Position numbers and translations under genes: made by a program
Origin: an uncultured Alphaproteobacteria bacterium
GTDB lineage: Bacteria; Pseudomonadota; Alphaproteobacteria; CAAHEQ01; UBA3637
Assembly: GCA_947586835.1 (NCBI GenBank)
Contig: CANPXT010000005.1
Coordinates: 3,327-67,326, forward strand
DNA length: 64,000 nucleotides
Reading direction: 5' to 3'
Notes under the pieces: generated by a model
The model's database searches: none
Told to the model about the DNA's origin: nothing
What the model saw: only the letters and a program-made list of their open reading frames with translations
Shown: piece by piece, positions 37,322-47,416 of the stretch
How positions within the stretch are numbered: the first letter of the stretch is position 1
Layout of the letters: each line of letters starts with the position of its first letter

Positions 37322-38108
37322 TTTTTTCTCTCCCCTCTGTTTTTCTTAATTTTAAAAACCATCCGATTCCGATTGGAATGGAAATTAAATAACAAATACC
37401 CAATAAACTGAGTGTAATCCATGGCATTGAAACCAATCCCGCCAAAACAAAAATGGTAATAATCAATAACAATGACGAATATTCTGCCGAAATATGCACA
37501 TGTTTTAAACAAAACGTCGGGATTTTGCTGGCCATCATCACGCCGCTTAAAATTAAAAATGCACCGGCAAATAAGGGATGCCGAAAAAATTCAATATTCG
37601 TTGCCAACCAAAAAATAAGCGGCAAAATTGTTAAATAGGCACCCGCCGGTGCGGGAACCCCCATAAAAAAATGTTTCCAATACGGCGGTTGTTCCGTATC
37701 AATCAACGAATTAAACCGCGCCAATCGAGTCGCACAACACATGGACACAAACAACACCAATGCCCAATAAATACCAATGGCTTCACTGCGTCCGGCCTGA
37801 TGTTGCAAAACACTGATTCGCGTCTCGGCATCCATGGTCCATAAATACATTAAAAATGCCGGCGCTACACCAAAACTGACAAAATCCGATAACGAATCCA
37901 ATTCGGCGCCGAAACGAGAGGAAACATTCAACATACGTGCAATTTTTCCGTCCAGAAAATCAAAAACACCGGATAAAGCAATAAAAACGACAGCAAATGT
38001 CCAATGTCCCCAAAAGGCCATATTAACCGAGGAAACACCGAATGCCAACGCCGTCATGGTCACGGCATTCGGAAACAACGGACGAATGTTAATTTCTTTT
38101 TCTGACAT
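37314..38108 (-). CDS. pssA: CDP-diacylglycerol--serine O-phosphatidyltransferase
   Basis: DFLDGKIARMLNVSSRFGAELDSLSD (CDP-alcohol transferase motif). Confidence 0.88.
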   Translation of the reverse strand: MSEKEINIRPLFPNAVTMTALAFGVSSVNMAFWGHWTFAVVFIALSGVFDFLDGKIARMLNVSSRFGAELDSLSDFVSFGVAPAFLMYLWTMDAETRISVLQHQAGRSEAIGIYWALVLFVSMCCATRLARFNSLIDTEQPPYWKHFFMGVPAPAGAYLTILPLIFWLATNIEFFRHPLFAGAFLILSGVMMASKIPTFCLKHVHISAEYSSLLLIITIFVLAGLVSMPWITLSLLGICYLISIPIGIGWFLKLRKTEGREKNA

Positions 38109-38119
38109 TTTTCATCCCG

Positions 38120-38869
38120 CTATTCACTCATATCTGCCAAAACGGTTTCACCCGCCACGCAAACTTGCCCGAGCAACACTTTCGGCTCAACTCCTTTCGG
38201 CAAAAATACATCTAATCGACTGCCAAATCGAATCATACCGAAAATTTGACCGGCTTTCAACTGATCACCGATTTGCAACGGACAGTATATCCGTCGTGCG
38301 ATTAAACCTGCAATCTGCACAAACCCGATACGTTTTTTATTTTCGGCAATCATACAAATTTCTTGGCATTCATTATCTTCACTGTCTTTATCTGCCACAC
38401 TGACGAACTTGCCCGGGCGATAAAACAACGCATCAACCGTTCCGCTCACGGGTGCACGGTTGACATGAACACTGAATACGCTCATAAAAATGCTGATGCG
38501 TAACAACGGTTCTTCGCCGAGTGATAATTCTTTGGGCGGAACAACATATTTAATATTGCTGACAAGCCCGTCGGCCGGTGCAATGATAAAATTCGGATTT
38601 TGCGGCGTTTCACGCGTGGGATTCCGAAAGAAATAATAGGAAAACACAAGCGTCGGCAAACCGATAATCCAACTCCATTCATCGGTCAACATCCCCAACA
38701 GGCAAAAAATAATCAGCATACCGCCTAAAATAGGCCATCCTTGCGGATGAATAGCCGGCAACAAATATCGCTGCCATGAAGTATCAACATGATTTTCGGT
38801 CGGCACTTGATATGTTGACTTTTTCGATGAGCGCGCTGTTTGTGATAAAGTTTCTTTTTTTGTTTTCAT
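38120..38869 (-). CDS. psd: Phosphatidylserine decarboxylase proenzyme (short type)
   Basis: FGSRLDV self-cleavage GS site. Adjacent to pssA. Confidence 0.85.
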   Translation of the reverse strand: MKTKKETLSQTARSSKKSTYQVPTENHVDTSWQRYLLPAIHPQGWPILGGMLIIFCLLGMLTDEWSWIIGLPTLVFSYYFFRNPTRETPQNPNFIIAPADGLVSNIKYVVPPKELSLGEEPLLRISIFMSVFSVHVNRAPVSGTVDALFYRPGKFVSVADKDSEDNECQEICMIAENKKRIGFVQIAGLIARRIYCPLQIGDQLKAGQIFGMIRFGSRLDVFLPKGVEPKVLLGQVCVAGETVLADMSE

Positions 38870-38977
38870 AAAAAACTCCTTTTTTTGTTATCATAAACCA
38901 TCTTTCAAAAAAATTCAAAGATTTTTTTAAATATCGGTTCAAAAAAACATTTTTAAAAGGCGTTTCAAAAAATTTAC

Positions 38978-39006
38978 TTGACAGAAACAATTTGTTTTTA
39001 TATGAT
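38978..39006 (+). promoter_or_regulatory. Sigma70 promoter for tRNA-Leu (TTGACA-17-TATGAT)
   Basis: -35 at 38978-38983, -10 at 39001-39006. The tRNA starts at 39017. Confidence 0.55.
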
Positions 39007-39016
39007 AATGTCGCTT

Positions 39017-39103
39017 GCCCGAATGGCGAAATTGGTAGACGCGCCAGCTTCAGGTGCTGGTACCGTAACAGGTATGGAGGTTCGAGTCCTCTTTCGGGCA
39101 CCA
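39017..39103 (+). tRNA. tRNA-Leu (anticodon CAG), CCA encoded
   Basis: Acceptor GCCCGAA/TTCGGGC, anticodon loop TTCAGGT, long variable arm, T-arm GGAGG-TTCGAGT-CCTCT. Confidence 0.9.
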
Positions 39104-39112
39104 ACTTTGTCG

Positions 39113-39137
39113 AACGCCTTTTTTCGGCGTTTTTTTT
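39113..39137 (+). terminator. Rho-independent terminator after tRNA-Leu
   Basis: AACGCC-ttttttc-GGCGTT-TTTTTTT. Confidence 0.65.
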
Positions 39138-39217
39138 ATGCCGTCAAAAATGTTTTTCGTTGCTTTTTAAAAACAAATGTTGTATAAGGATATATTATTT
39201 ATAAAAAGGGATAATAA

Positions 39218-39829
39218 ATGAATCAAATTTCTGTTTATCAAGGCGATTTGCCTGCCGATATTGAATTTTCCGATGCGGTAGCCGTTGATACCGAAACAAT
39301 GGGCTTAAATTTACATCGTGACAGATTATGTCTTGTCCAACTTTCGGCCGGTGACGGAACAGCTGTTTTGGTGCAAATTTTGCCGCAAACGGATTGCCCG
39401 AATTTAAAAAAATTGCTGACAAATAAAAATATTTTAAAAATTTTTCATTTTGCGCGATTCGACATTGCCAAAATTAAGCACGATTTAGGTGTGATTACCA
39501 CGCCCGTTTATTGTACGAAAATTGCCTCAAAACTTGCTCGAACTTCATCACCTTCGCATAGTTTAAAATCGCTTTGCCACGATTTATTAAATATTGATTT
39601 GCAAAAAGAGCAACAAACATCCGATTGGGGTGCTGCAAGCTTAAATGAAGAACAAAAAAAATATGCGGCAAACGATGTTCTTTATTTACATCAACTAAAA
39701 GAAATAACAGAAAATCTGCTCAAACGCGAAGGACGCTATGAGTTGGCTCAAGCCTGTTTTCACTTTCTGCCGATTCGCGCCGAACTTGATTTGCAAGATT
39801 TTAACGATCCTGATATTTTTGCACACTAA
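39218..39829 (+). CDS. DEDDy 3'-5' exonuclease (short RNase D-like)
   Basis: VAVDTETMGL (ExoI), FHFARFD (ExoII), YAANDVLYL (ExoIII). Confidence 0.8.
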   Translation: MNQISVYQGDLPADIEFSDAVAVDTETMGLNLHRDRLCLVQLSAGDGTAVLVQILPQTDCPNLKKLLTNKNILKIFHFARFDIAKIKHDLGVITTPVYCTKIASKLARTSSPSHSLKSLCHDLLNIDLQKEQQTSDWGAASLNEEQKKYAANDVLYLHQLKEITENLLKREGRYELAQACFHFLPIRAELDLQDFNDPDIFAH

Positions 39830-39844
39830 ACAAGGAGTTATTTT

Positions 39845-40813
39845 ATGCAAGCAACCGAAATTATCAACAGTGCCGTTCGGGCAATCGATGCGGAAATTAA
39901 AGGCTTGGAGGCCATGAAATCTACCTTCGGAGACTCATTTGTAAGTGCCGTTCAAAAAATTGCCGGCATCAAAGGTCGCGTTATCATTTCCGGCATGGGT
40001 AAAAGCGGGCATATCGGTCAAAAAATTGCGGCGACCATGTCTTCTACCGGCACACCGGCATTTTTTGTTCATCCGGGAGAAGCCAGTCACGGTGATTTAG
40101 GTATTTTAACGGAAGATGATATTTTAATTACCATCTCGAATTCCGGCGAAAGTAAAGAAATGGGCGATATTATTTCTTATTCTCGTCGTTTCGGTATTCC
40201 CATGATTGCCATAACCAGCAATCCCGATAGTTCCATGGCAAAAGCTGCCGACTTAACGTTACTTATTCCCGATAAAAAAACGGCACCGGAAGCTTGCCCG
40301 CTGGGATTAGCGCCCACAACTTCCACAACAACGACATTAGCTATGGGAGATGCTTTAGCCGTGGCACTTATTGAACAAAAAGGTTTTTCCGCCGATGATT
40401 TCAGACAACGGCACCCGGGCGGAAAACTCGGCAACAGCTTACTGCGCGCCAAAGATATTATGGCAACGGGCGATGAATTACCGCTTGTCACGGAAGACAC
40501 ACCCATGTCGGAAGCATTAATTGTCATGACGCAAAAAAGCTGGGGTTGCTTGGGTGTAACAAATCAAAAAGGCGAACTTATCGGCATTATTACCGATGGG
40601 GATTTACGTCGTCATATTGTTGATATTATGTCCAAAACGGCACGCGATATTATGTCAAAAAACCCGAAAACCATTATTCCCGATATGCTGTGCGCCGAAG
40701 CACTTCACATTATGAATACAAAAAAGATTACGTCTTTGTTTGTCATTAACGGTGAAAACAAACCTTTAGGGTTGTTGCATATGCACCCGCTTTTAATGGC
40801 CAAAATTGCATAA
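39845..40813 (+). CDS. kpsF: Arabinose-5-phosphate isomerase (SIS + CBS pair)
   Basis: GRVIISGMGKSGHIG, VHPGEASHGDLG, CBS pair. Located upstream of the lpt genes. Confidence 0.88.
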   Translation: MQATEIINSAVRAIDAEIKGLEAMKSTFGDSFVSAVQKIAGIKGRVIISGMGKSGHIGQKIAATMSSTGTPAFFVHPGEASHGDLGILTEDDILITISNSGESKEMGDIISYSRRFGIPMIAITSNPDSSMAKAADLTLLIPDKKTAPEACPLGLAPTTSTTTTLAMGDALAVALIEQKGFSADDFRQRHPGGKLGNSLLRAKDIMATGDELPLVTEDTPMSEALIVMTQKSWGCLGVTNQKGELIGIITDGDLRRHIVDIMSKTARDIMSKNPKTIIPDMLCAEALHIMNTKKITSLFVINGENKPLGLLHMHPLLMAKIA

Positions 40814-40822
40814 AGGAAACAA

Positions 40823-42439
40823 ATGTTTACACCCCGGCTGCTGAAACTTAAAATACATTCTCAACGCGTTTCCGTTTTCAAGCGCCTTTTGCCGATTTGC
40901 GCTTTTTTATTAACGAGTGTTATGATTGCATGGCCGGCATTAAAAGAACAAAAAGATACTTTTACTGTAGCGGTTCCTTCCAAAAATACTTTAAAAGATG
41001 CTCAAAATGATATGGAGCAAGTGCGCTTCTTTTCAAAAGACAACAATCAAAATCCGTTCACCGTTGTAGCCGAAAGTGTGCGTGAAACAGATCCGGCTCG
41101 ACAAATTGTTTTAATGGAAAAACCAACAGCCACATATCGCATGAAAAATAATACGATTCTAACGGGAATGACACCTTTCGGGATGGCTTTCCAACAAGAA
41201 CATTATTTGTATTTCGAAGAACCGGTTGATATTACTTCAACCGATGGTTATCAAGGTCTTTCATCGAAAGTAATTTGCGAATATGAAAAAGGTCGACTGG
41301 GCAGCGATTCAGATATTTTTGTGAAAGGACCCGCCGGAATGCTGACGGCACAAGGATTTTTTGTCAAAGATAACGGTGATTACATTCATTTTAAAAATCA
41401 TACGGAAAGTTTATTATTTCATATTCCGAAAAATATTTCTGAAATCGATTCGCTTCAATATACAGCCATGCGCGATTATTTAAAGCAAAACGAACAAAAT
41501 ATTTTTATAACATCCGATAACGGTTTAATCATTAATCAGGCACAACAAACGATTACCGCTTTAAAAAATGTAAACATCACCCAAGGAAACGGCTTGTTAA
41601 CCGCTCCCGAAGTTATTCTGACCTATCAAAAACGCAAAAACGGTGAAACGGTGATAACAAAACTTCAAGCCGAAAATAAAGTGCACATCACGAAACCAAA
41701 TCAAAAAGCAACGGCTCAAAAACTCACTGTTTATAAAGATTCAAATGAAATTAACATCTATCTTCAAGAACAAACATCATTTCCGGAGCTGAAAACAACG
41801 CAAAATATCGGTCAAATAATTGTTTTGTCGGGACAAGCCGTCTTACAAGATAAAGAAAACTCTTTGAAAGCCGAGTATATTACGGCCATTTATGAAAGCA
41901 CCGGTAACAAAATCGAAAAAGTAATTGCCGATCAAAATGTGATTGCCGTACAACAAGACAAAATGCTTTCGGGCAACCGATTGACCATTTATCAAAATCC
42001 GGAAGAAATTCAAACCGTTTTAAAAACTTTACCTGCTATAAAAGAATTAAATACGGCTCAGGCACCGGGACAAATCATTGTGATTGACGGAAATGCTGAA
42101 GCTTACGAAAAACCTAACAAACTATCAGCCGATAAATTATATGTATTCTATGATTCAAAAGGAGAAAAAATTGAAAAAAGTGTTGCCGTCGGAAATATGG
42201 TTGCGCAAAACGAAACACAAAAAATTCAAGGCGAATATGGTGTTTACACAACGGCAACCGAAGTGGCAAGCGTTTATAAAAATGTTATTTTATCCGAAAA
42301 AGACAGTGTGTTAAAGGGCAGTTATGCCTCATTAAATATGAAAACGGGTATCAGTTCTTTAACAACACCGAAACAGAAAAACGGACAAAAGGGACGTGTC
42401 AAAGGAAGCATTGTTCCGAACAATTTTAAAGGAGAGTGA
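40823..42439 (+). CDS. LptC-like membrane-anchored protein fused to two tandem LptA/OstA-like modules
   Basis: N-terminal TM helix plus an LptC-size beta domain, then two units of about 85 aa (KLTVYKD...GQIIVLSGQAVL...AEYITAIYES.GNKIEKVIA and RLTIYQN...GQIIVIDGNAEA...ADKLYVFYDSKGEKIEKSVA). It sits between kpsF and lptB. Confidence 0.6.
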   Translation: MFTPRLLKLKIHSQRVSVFKRLLPICAFLLTSVMIAWPALKEQKDTFTVAVPSKNTLKDAQNDMEQVRFFSKDNNQNPFTVVAESVRETDPARQIVLMEKPTATYRMKNNTILTGMTPFGMAFQQEHYLYFEEPVDITSTDGYQGLSSKVICEYEKGRLGSDSDIFVKGPAGMLTAQGFFVKDNGDYIHFKNHTESLLFHIPKNISEIDSLQYTAMRDYLKQNEQNIFITSDNGLIINQAQQTITALKNVNITQGNGLLTAPEVILTYQKRKNGETVITKLQAENKVHITKPNQKATAQKLTVYKDSNEINIYLQEQTSFPELKTTQNIGQIIVLSGQAVLQDKENSLKAEYITAIYESTGNKIEKVIADQNVIAVQQDKMLSGNRLTIYQNPEEIQTVLKTLPAIKELNTAQAPGQIIVIDGNAEAYEKPNKLSADKLYVFYDSKGEKIEKSVAVGNMVAQNETQKIQGEYGVYTTATEVASVYKNVILSEKDSVLKGSYASLNMKTGISSLTTPKQKNGQKGRVKGSIVPNNFKGE

Positions 42440-42445
42440 GGATAA

Positions 42446-43180
42446 ATGATTATTTCCGAACAAGGATTGGCAGTTAAAAACTTAAATAAAAGTTATAAAA
42501 AACGATCTGTTTTACAAGATGTTTCGTTGGTTGTCCGTCAAGGAGAAGCCGTCGGGTTATTAGGTCCGAACGGCGCCGGAAAAACAACCTGTTTTTATTG
42601 CGTAACGGGATTAATTTCACCCAACTCGGGAAAAATTCTCTTAAACGGCATTGATATTACGCAATTTCCCGTTTATCGGCGGGCACGATTAGGTATCGGT
42701 TACCTGCCGCAGGAAGCTTCTATTTTTCGGGGATTAAATGTTGAAGACAATATTCGCGCCGTCTTAGAAATTGTTGAAAAGAATAAAGATAAAAGAGAAC
42801 AGGAATTAGATTCACTTTTAAAAGAATTTTCCATTGAACATTTGCGTTATTCGCCATCACGGGCATTATCGGGCGGTGAGCGACGTCGATTGGAAATTGC
42901 AAGAGCCTTGGCATCAAAACCGTCCTACATTTTGTTAGATGAGCCTCTTGCCGGAATTGATCCGATTGCGGTCGGAGAAATTAAAGAGCTTGTCGGACAA
43001 CTCAAACACAGAGGACTGGGTGTTTTAATAACGGATCACAACGTGCGTGAAACGTTAAGCATTATCGATCGGGCTTATATTTTACATGACGGGGTTGTTT
43101 TAAAACACGGCACACCCAAAGAAATTATTTCTGATGAAAATGTGCGAAAAACGTATCTCGGCAAAGATTTTACATTATAA
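42446..43180 (+). CDS. lptB: LPS export ABC transporter ATPase LptB
   Basis: GPNGAGKTT, LSGGERRR, LLDEPLAGIDP, and the TYLGKDF C-terminus. Confidence 0.92.
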   Translation: MIISEQGLAVKNLNKSYKKRSVLQDVSLVVRQGEAVGLLGPNGAGKTTCFYCVTGLISPNSGKILLNGIDITQFPVYRRARLGIGYLPQEASIFRGLNVEDNIRAVLEIVEKNKDKREQELDSLLKEFSIEHLRYSPSRALSGGERRRLEIARALASKPSYILLDEPLAGIDPIAVGEIKELVGQLKHRGLGVLITDHNVRETLSIIDRAYILHDGVVLKHGTPKEIISDENVRKTYLGKDFTL

Positions 43181-43202
43181 TACGAAATAACGGAGGAGTA
43201 AA

Positions 43203-44291
43203 ATGAAAGAAACAAAAAAAATAGGAATATTAACCAGCGGCGGTGATTGCGCCGGTTTAAACACTGCCATTCGAGGGGTTGTATTTGCAGCTACATTTAA
43301 AGGCTGGGAAGTCATTGGCATCAACGAGTCAACGGACGGACTTTTTTCACGTCCGATGCGTTATAAAGCACTGAATATTGCTGATTTTGACTTTCCCTAT
43401 GCGGCACTGGGCGGAACCATGCTCGGCAGTAACAACACGGGAAATCCGCATATGCAACGTAAGGCCGACGGTTCCATGGAAGAATTAACCGATGACGAAT
43501 TGGATCAACGTTTTCAAGACGGCATTAAAGAATTGGGTATTTCGGCATTAGTTGTTGTCGGGGGAGACGGCTCTATGGCCATTGTCAGCAAATACTGCAA
43601 ACGCGCGGGCATTTCCATGATCGGCATTCCGAAAACCATTGATAACGATGCGCCGGGTACCGACTTGGCTATCGGATTCGAAACAGCCGTAAGTGTGGTA
43701 ACCGATGCCTTGGACAAACTCACGACAACCGCCACGTCGCACAATCGAATTATGATTGCGGAAGTGATGGGACGCGGTGCCGGTCATTTGGCATTAACGG
43801 CCGGTATCGCCGGTTTTGCCGATGTGATTTTAATTCCGGAAATTCCTTATACATATGAAGGTGTCGTAAAAAAGTTACACGAAGTCCAAGCCAAAGGAAA
43901 GCGGTTTGGGTTAATCGTCATTGCGGAAGGAACACGCAAACCTGACGGGCATCATTCTTTTGCCGGCAACGGAAAAACATTCCGCGGTATATCCGATTAT
44001 TTCACGCAACGCCTGTTAACTGACGGATTTAACGTGCGCGGTAATGTATTGGGGCATATTCAACGTGCGGGTAATCCTGTTCCGGAAGATCGCTTGTTAG
44101 CCACACAGTTTGCCGTCCGTGCCGTTGATTTAATTGCTGCCGGCAAATCGAATCGGGTTGTTGTTTGGGACAAAGGCACTCTTCGGGATGTAGCATTAGA
44201 CGACGTTTTAAAAATTGCCAACACACCGGTTAATCCGGAAGGCGAATTGGTAAAAACCGCTCGTCAACTCGGCATTTACATCGGCGATTAA
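43203..44291 (+). CDS. pfk: 6-phosphofructokinase (phosphoryl donor not assigned)
   Basis: GILTSGGDCAGLN, GGDGS, GIPKTIDND, MGR. Confidence 0.85.
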   Translation: MKETKKIGILTSGGDCAGLNTAIRGVVFAATFKGWEVIGINESTDGLFSRPMRYKALNIADFDFPYAALGGTMLGSNNTGNPHMQRKADGSMEELTDDELDQRFQDGIKELGISALVVVGGDGSMAIVSKYCKRAGISMIGIPKTIDNDAPGTDLAIGFETAVSVVTDALDKLTTTATSHNRIMIAEVMGRGAGHLALTAGIAGFADVILIPEIPYTYEGVVKKLHEVQAKGKRFGLIVIAEGTRKPDGHHSFAGNGKTFRGISDYFTQRLLTDGFNVRGNVLGHIQRAGNPVPEDRLLATQFAVRAVDLIAAGKSNRVVVWDKGTLRDVALDDVLKIANTPVNPEGELVKTARQLGIYIGD

Positions 44292-44350
44292 AAATAATTG
44301 CTTTTTCAAATAAAATGAATTATAATAAAATTGTTAAAAAGGAGAATACC

Positions 44351-44521
44351 ATGGAAAAATTAGAAAAACACTTAACCGCATTAAAAGCGAAACATGCAGA
44401 ATTAGATGTCAAACTTCTGGAAGAAGAAGCCAGACCTTTGCCTGATACACTGAAAATTCAAGAATTGAAAAAACAAAAACTGGCCGTTAAACAAGAAATT
44501 GAAAAAATTGAAAAAAAATAA
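44351..44521 (+). CDS. DUF465 (YdcH-like) small coiled-coil protein
   Basis: L...H.ELD..L..EE.RPLPDTLKIQELKK.KL..K.EI. GGAG RBS lies before the ATG at 44351. Confidence 0.65.
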   Translation: MEKLEKHLTALKAKHAELDVKLLEEEARPLPDTLKIQELKKQKLAVKQEIEKIEKK

Positions 44522-44540
44522 ACGGCAATTAAAAATTTAA

Positions 44541-44570
44541 AAACTCCCCGTAAATACGCGGGGAGTTTTT
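44541..44570 (+). terminator. Rho-independent terminator
   Basis: ACTCCCCG-taaatacg-CGGGGAGT-TTTT. Confidence 0.7.
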
Positions 44571-44603
44571 ATTCAATAAATACGTATTCAAGCATTTTAT
44601 ACC

Positions 44604-44632
44604 TTGACTTCATACACAAAAAACCTTACAAT
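44604..44632 (+). promoter_or_regulatory. Sigma70-like promoter (TTGACT-17-TACAAT) for the MFS gene
   Basis: -35 at 44604-44609, -10 at 44627-44632. Confidence 0.45.
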
Positions 44633-44666
44633 GGCGACATAGCGTATAATAAGGGGATAGGGACAT

Positions 44667-45938
44667 ATGATTAAAATTGCTCCGAAAAAAATTTTTTGTA
44701 AATCTGATGATCATTCATTAGGAATTTTTAATTTTTCCACTTTTTTACAAACACAAATATTAATGTTGCCGGTTTTGTTACTTTTTTATCAGGAAAACGG
44801 GCTGACTGCCGGCGATTTATTTTTATTTCAAGGCATTTTTAACATTACGGCCTTATTATTTGAAGTACCGGCAGGGTATATCGGTGATATTTTTCCGCGA
44901 CGAAACGTTCTTATTTTCTCTTATCTTTTATTTTTGGCACGTTTATGTTTATGGTCGCTTTTCAAGGGCTATTGGATTGTTTTGGCGGGCGAAATTTTAT
45001 ATTCGCTTTCAAAAGCCTTTTATTCGGGTGTTGCCGACGGTTATGTTTATGATTACTTAAAATCAAAGCATAACACATCGAAAATGTTGCACGGATACGG
45101 TAAGCTCAATTTTTTCATGAGTATCGGAACGGCGCTGGCTTCGTTGGTCGGCCCTGTTTTATATGAGCATTTTAACAGTTTTATGGTTTTAATCGTGATT
45201 GAAATGATTTTAAACACATCTGCCATTTTATTATTGTTATTATTGCCGAAAGTGCCGTCGGTTCATCATAAAACGAAAGGGATTAAAGAAAAATATATCG
45301 AATCATCACAAATCATTAAAGACACGCTTTCGAACCCTCTTTTAAAACCCTATATCATTTATTCGGGCATATTGGTGACAGCCACTTTAATTTTCGTGTG
45401 GAGTTTTCAGCCTTTAATGGTATTGATGAGTATTCCGACAGCCATGTTCGGCATTGTTTATTTTTTCAATCATGCCTTTCGGGCAGCAGCAGGGCTTTTG
45501 TTACCGCATACCATTCATTTTGTACCGCTTGAAAAATTAGGAAAATTAACTTTTATTCTGTTTATTTGCGCTTTTTTATCGGTTATTTTCATAACGCATT
45601 TTCATTCTGCCGTTATCGGTATGGGCTTATTGATTTTCATTTGTTTTGTTATCGGCTGTCAGCTTTCGTTTACCATGGCAAGCGTTTCCCGATTACATGC
45701 CTTAACGCCGTCGGCCATTCGCTCGACAACTTCATCGGTAAACAATATGGTTTCACGAGCTCTTGCGGGTTTTATGCAAATTATGTTTAAGTTTGTGCTT
45801 GACGGGTTTGATTTATCGCAATCATTCATCATTTATTTAATTGCTTTTTGCTTGAGTATCATTCCGTTATATCAAATACTCAAACTGCCGAAAGCGAAAG
45901 AAGAAACACAGCGTTTAAAGCAATTGCAAGCGGCTTAA
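44667..45938 (+). CDS. MFS transporter
   Basis: About 12 hydrophobic segments and a GDIFPRR loop 2-3 motif. Confidence 0.7.
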   Translation: MIKIAPKKIFCKSDDHSLGIFNFSTFLQTQILMLPVLLLFYQENGLTAGDLFLFQGIFNITALLFEVPAGYIGDIFPRRNVLIFSYLLFLARLCLWSLFKGYWIVLAGEILYSLSKAFYSGVADGYVYDYLKSKHNTSKMLHGYGKLNFFMSIGTALASLVGPVLYEHFNSFMVLIVIEMILNTSAILLLLLLPKVPSVHHKTKGIKEKYIESSQIIKDTLSNPLLKPYIIYSGILVTATLIFVWSFQPLMVLMSIPTAMFGIVYFFNHAFRAAAGLLLPHTIHFVPLEKLGKLTFILFICAFLSVIFITHFHSAVIGMGLLIFICFVIGCQLSFTMASVSRLHALTPSAIRSTTSSVNNMVSRALAGFMQIMFKFVLDGFDLSQSFIIYLIAFCLSIIPLYQILKLPKAKEETQRLKQLQAA

Positions 45939-47203
45939 TCAATTCGTTTTAAGTTTTTAAATGCATTTGTGATTGGCAAAAACAAAATGAATGTAAGGAA
46001 AAACAAACCGTACCAATTTCCGTTCGGCACGGAAAACATTTGCGATATTTTTGCAGCAATTGTCATAAAGCTACCGCCCGCAACCGAACCGATCGCACCG
46101 CAAAAAGCAATAACGGAAGAATTAACCGCCAAATAAACTACGGCCGAGCGTTTGGGAATAAACAACAACGACAGATTATTCGAACCGAGCGCAACGGCCG
46201 CCTGCCCCACGCCTAAACAGATATGCGCCGCAATTAAAAGGGTCCAAAAAAGAACAACCGGCATTTTTACGGTAAAAAGAAACACAAAACATGCCAACAC
46301 AACCGGATAACTCGGCAATAAAATCGTCATCATGCGCGGCAATCCTTTGGAATCGGAAAGTGCACCGATTTTTTTAATGGCAATCACATAAACCACTTGC
46401 GGAAAAAGAGTTAAAAACACAACGGTCGGCATGGAAAGATTGAGTTTTTGCAACAAAAAGACGGTTAAAAACGGTGTGACAAAATTAACAACAAAGTTTA
46501 AACACCCCAGCACCGTCATTAAATGCACAAACTCTTTTTTTTTCATACACATTTTTATTTTTTGAACAAAACTCATTTTTGAGGGCGTGGAAACTTTCAC
46601 ATCGGCAACTTGTGTAGTGGTATAAACACCGAAAACGGAAATAAGAAACGAAAGCAACAACAAATAAAAATAAGCATGCAATTCCTGCGCGGGAAAATAG
46701 CGACGATAATATTCCAAAATGAGCCAACAAAAAGCAAAACACACGATTTTGGCAATCATCATTCCTTTAAAACGACTGCTGAAAAATGATCCCATTAAAC
46801 GATTCGGCACCAAATTTTTCATCCACGGACGCCATGCACCGCCGGCAATATTTCCGATGGAATAAACCATTAACAAACAGCAAATTAAAGTGGGCACAAC
46901 CCAATCGGAACGGGGAAAAAATGCCAAAACGGCAGCCACCAAAAAAAACGGACGGGAAACGGCGGACGTAACAATCGATAATTTTTTAACCGAAAAGCCT
47001 TTTTCCAACAAAAACGCTGCGAAAATATGCATTAAATTCCCGATAAACGGCACGGCGCCCAATAAACCGATGGCAAAATCCCCCGCACCCAATAACAAGG
47101 CATAAGCGGTAATGAGCGTACCAGTTGCAAACGTATCTGTCGCCGATTGTGCAATACCGCCCCAATAAACCCAATTCAGAGATTTTCTTAAAACATCGGT
47201 CAT
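45935..47203 (-). CDS. MFS transporter
   Basis: About 12 hydrophobic segments. Converges on the previous MFS gene with a 4-nt overlap. Confidence 0.65.
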   Translation of the reverse strand: MTDVLRKSLNWVYWGGIAQSATDTFATGTLITAYALLLGAGDFAIGLLGAVPFIGNLMHIFAAFLLEKGFSVKKLSIVTSAVSRPFFLVAAVLAFFPRSDWVVPTLICCLLMVYSIGNIAGGAWRPWMKNLVPNRLMGSFFSSRFKGMMIAKIVCFAFCWLILEYYRRYFPAQELHAYFYLLLLSFLISVFGVYTTTQVADVKVSTPSKMSFVQKIKMCMKKKEFVHLMTVLGCLNFVVNFVTPFLTVFLLQKLNLSMPTVVFLTLFPQVVYVIAIKKIGALSDSKGLPRMMTILLPSYPVVLACFVFLFTVKMPVVLFWTLLIAAHICLGVGQAAVALGSNNLSLLFIPKRSAVVYLAVNSSVIAFCGAIGSVAGGSFMTIAAKISQMFSVPNGNWYGLFFLTFILFLPITNAFKNLKRID

Positions 47204-47350
47204 TTATTATTCCCTTGTTCAAACGAAAAAGAGTTTATCAAAAAAACGAAAAAAAGGCAATGGAAAATTAAATCGAAAAGACAAGAGGCATCAGTGTTAA
47301 AAAAATGCACTTAAAAAAATACGCCGGGGGTATCAAAATGATGAATAACA

Positions 47351-47384
47351 AAAAATCACCCGTCAATTAACGGGTGATTTTTTT
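47351..47384 (-). terminator. Terminator downstream of the CC-repeat gene (bidirectional hairpin)
   Basis: AAAAA-ATCACCCG-tcaattaa-CGGGTGAT-TTTTTT. Confidence 0.65.
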
Positions 47385-47416
47385 ACAACCGAGTGATTTT
47401 GCCCGAAAAGTCGTTA

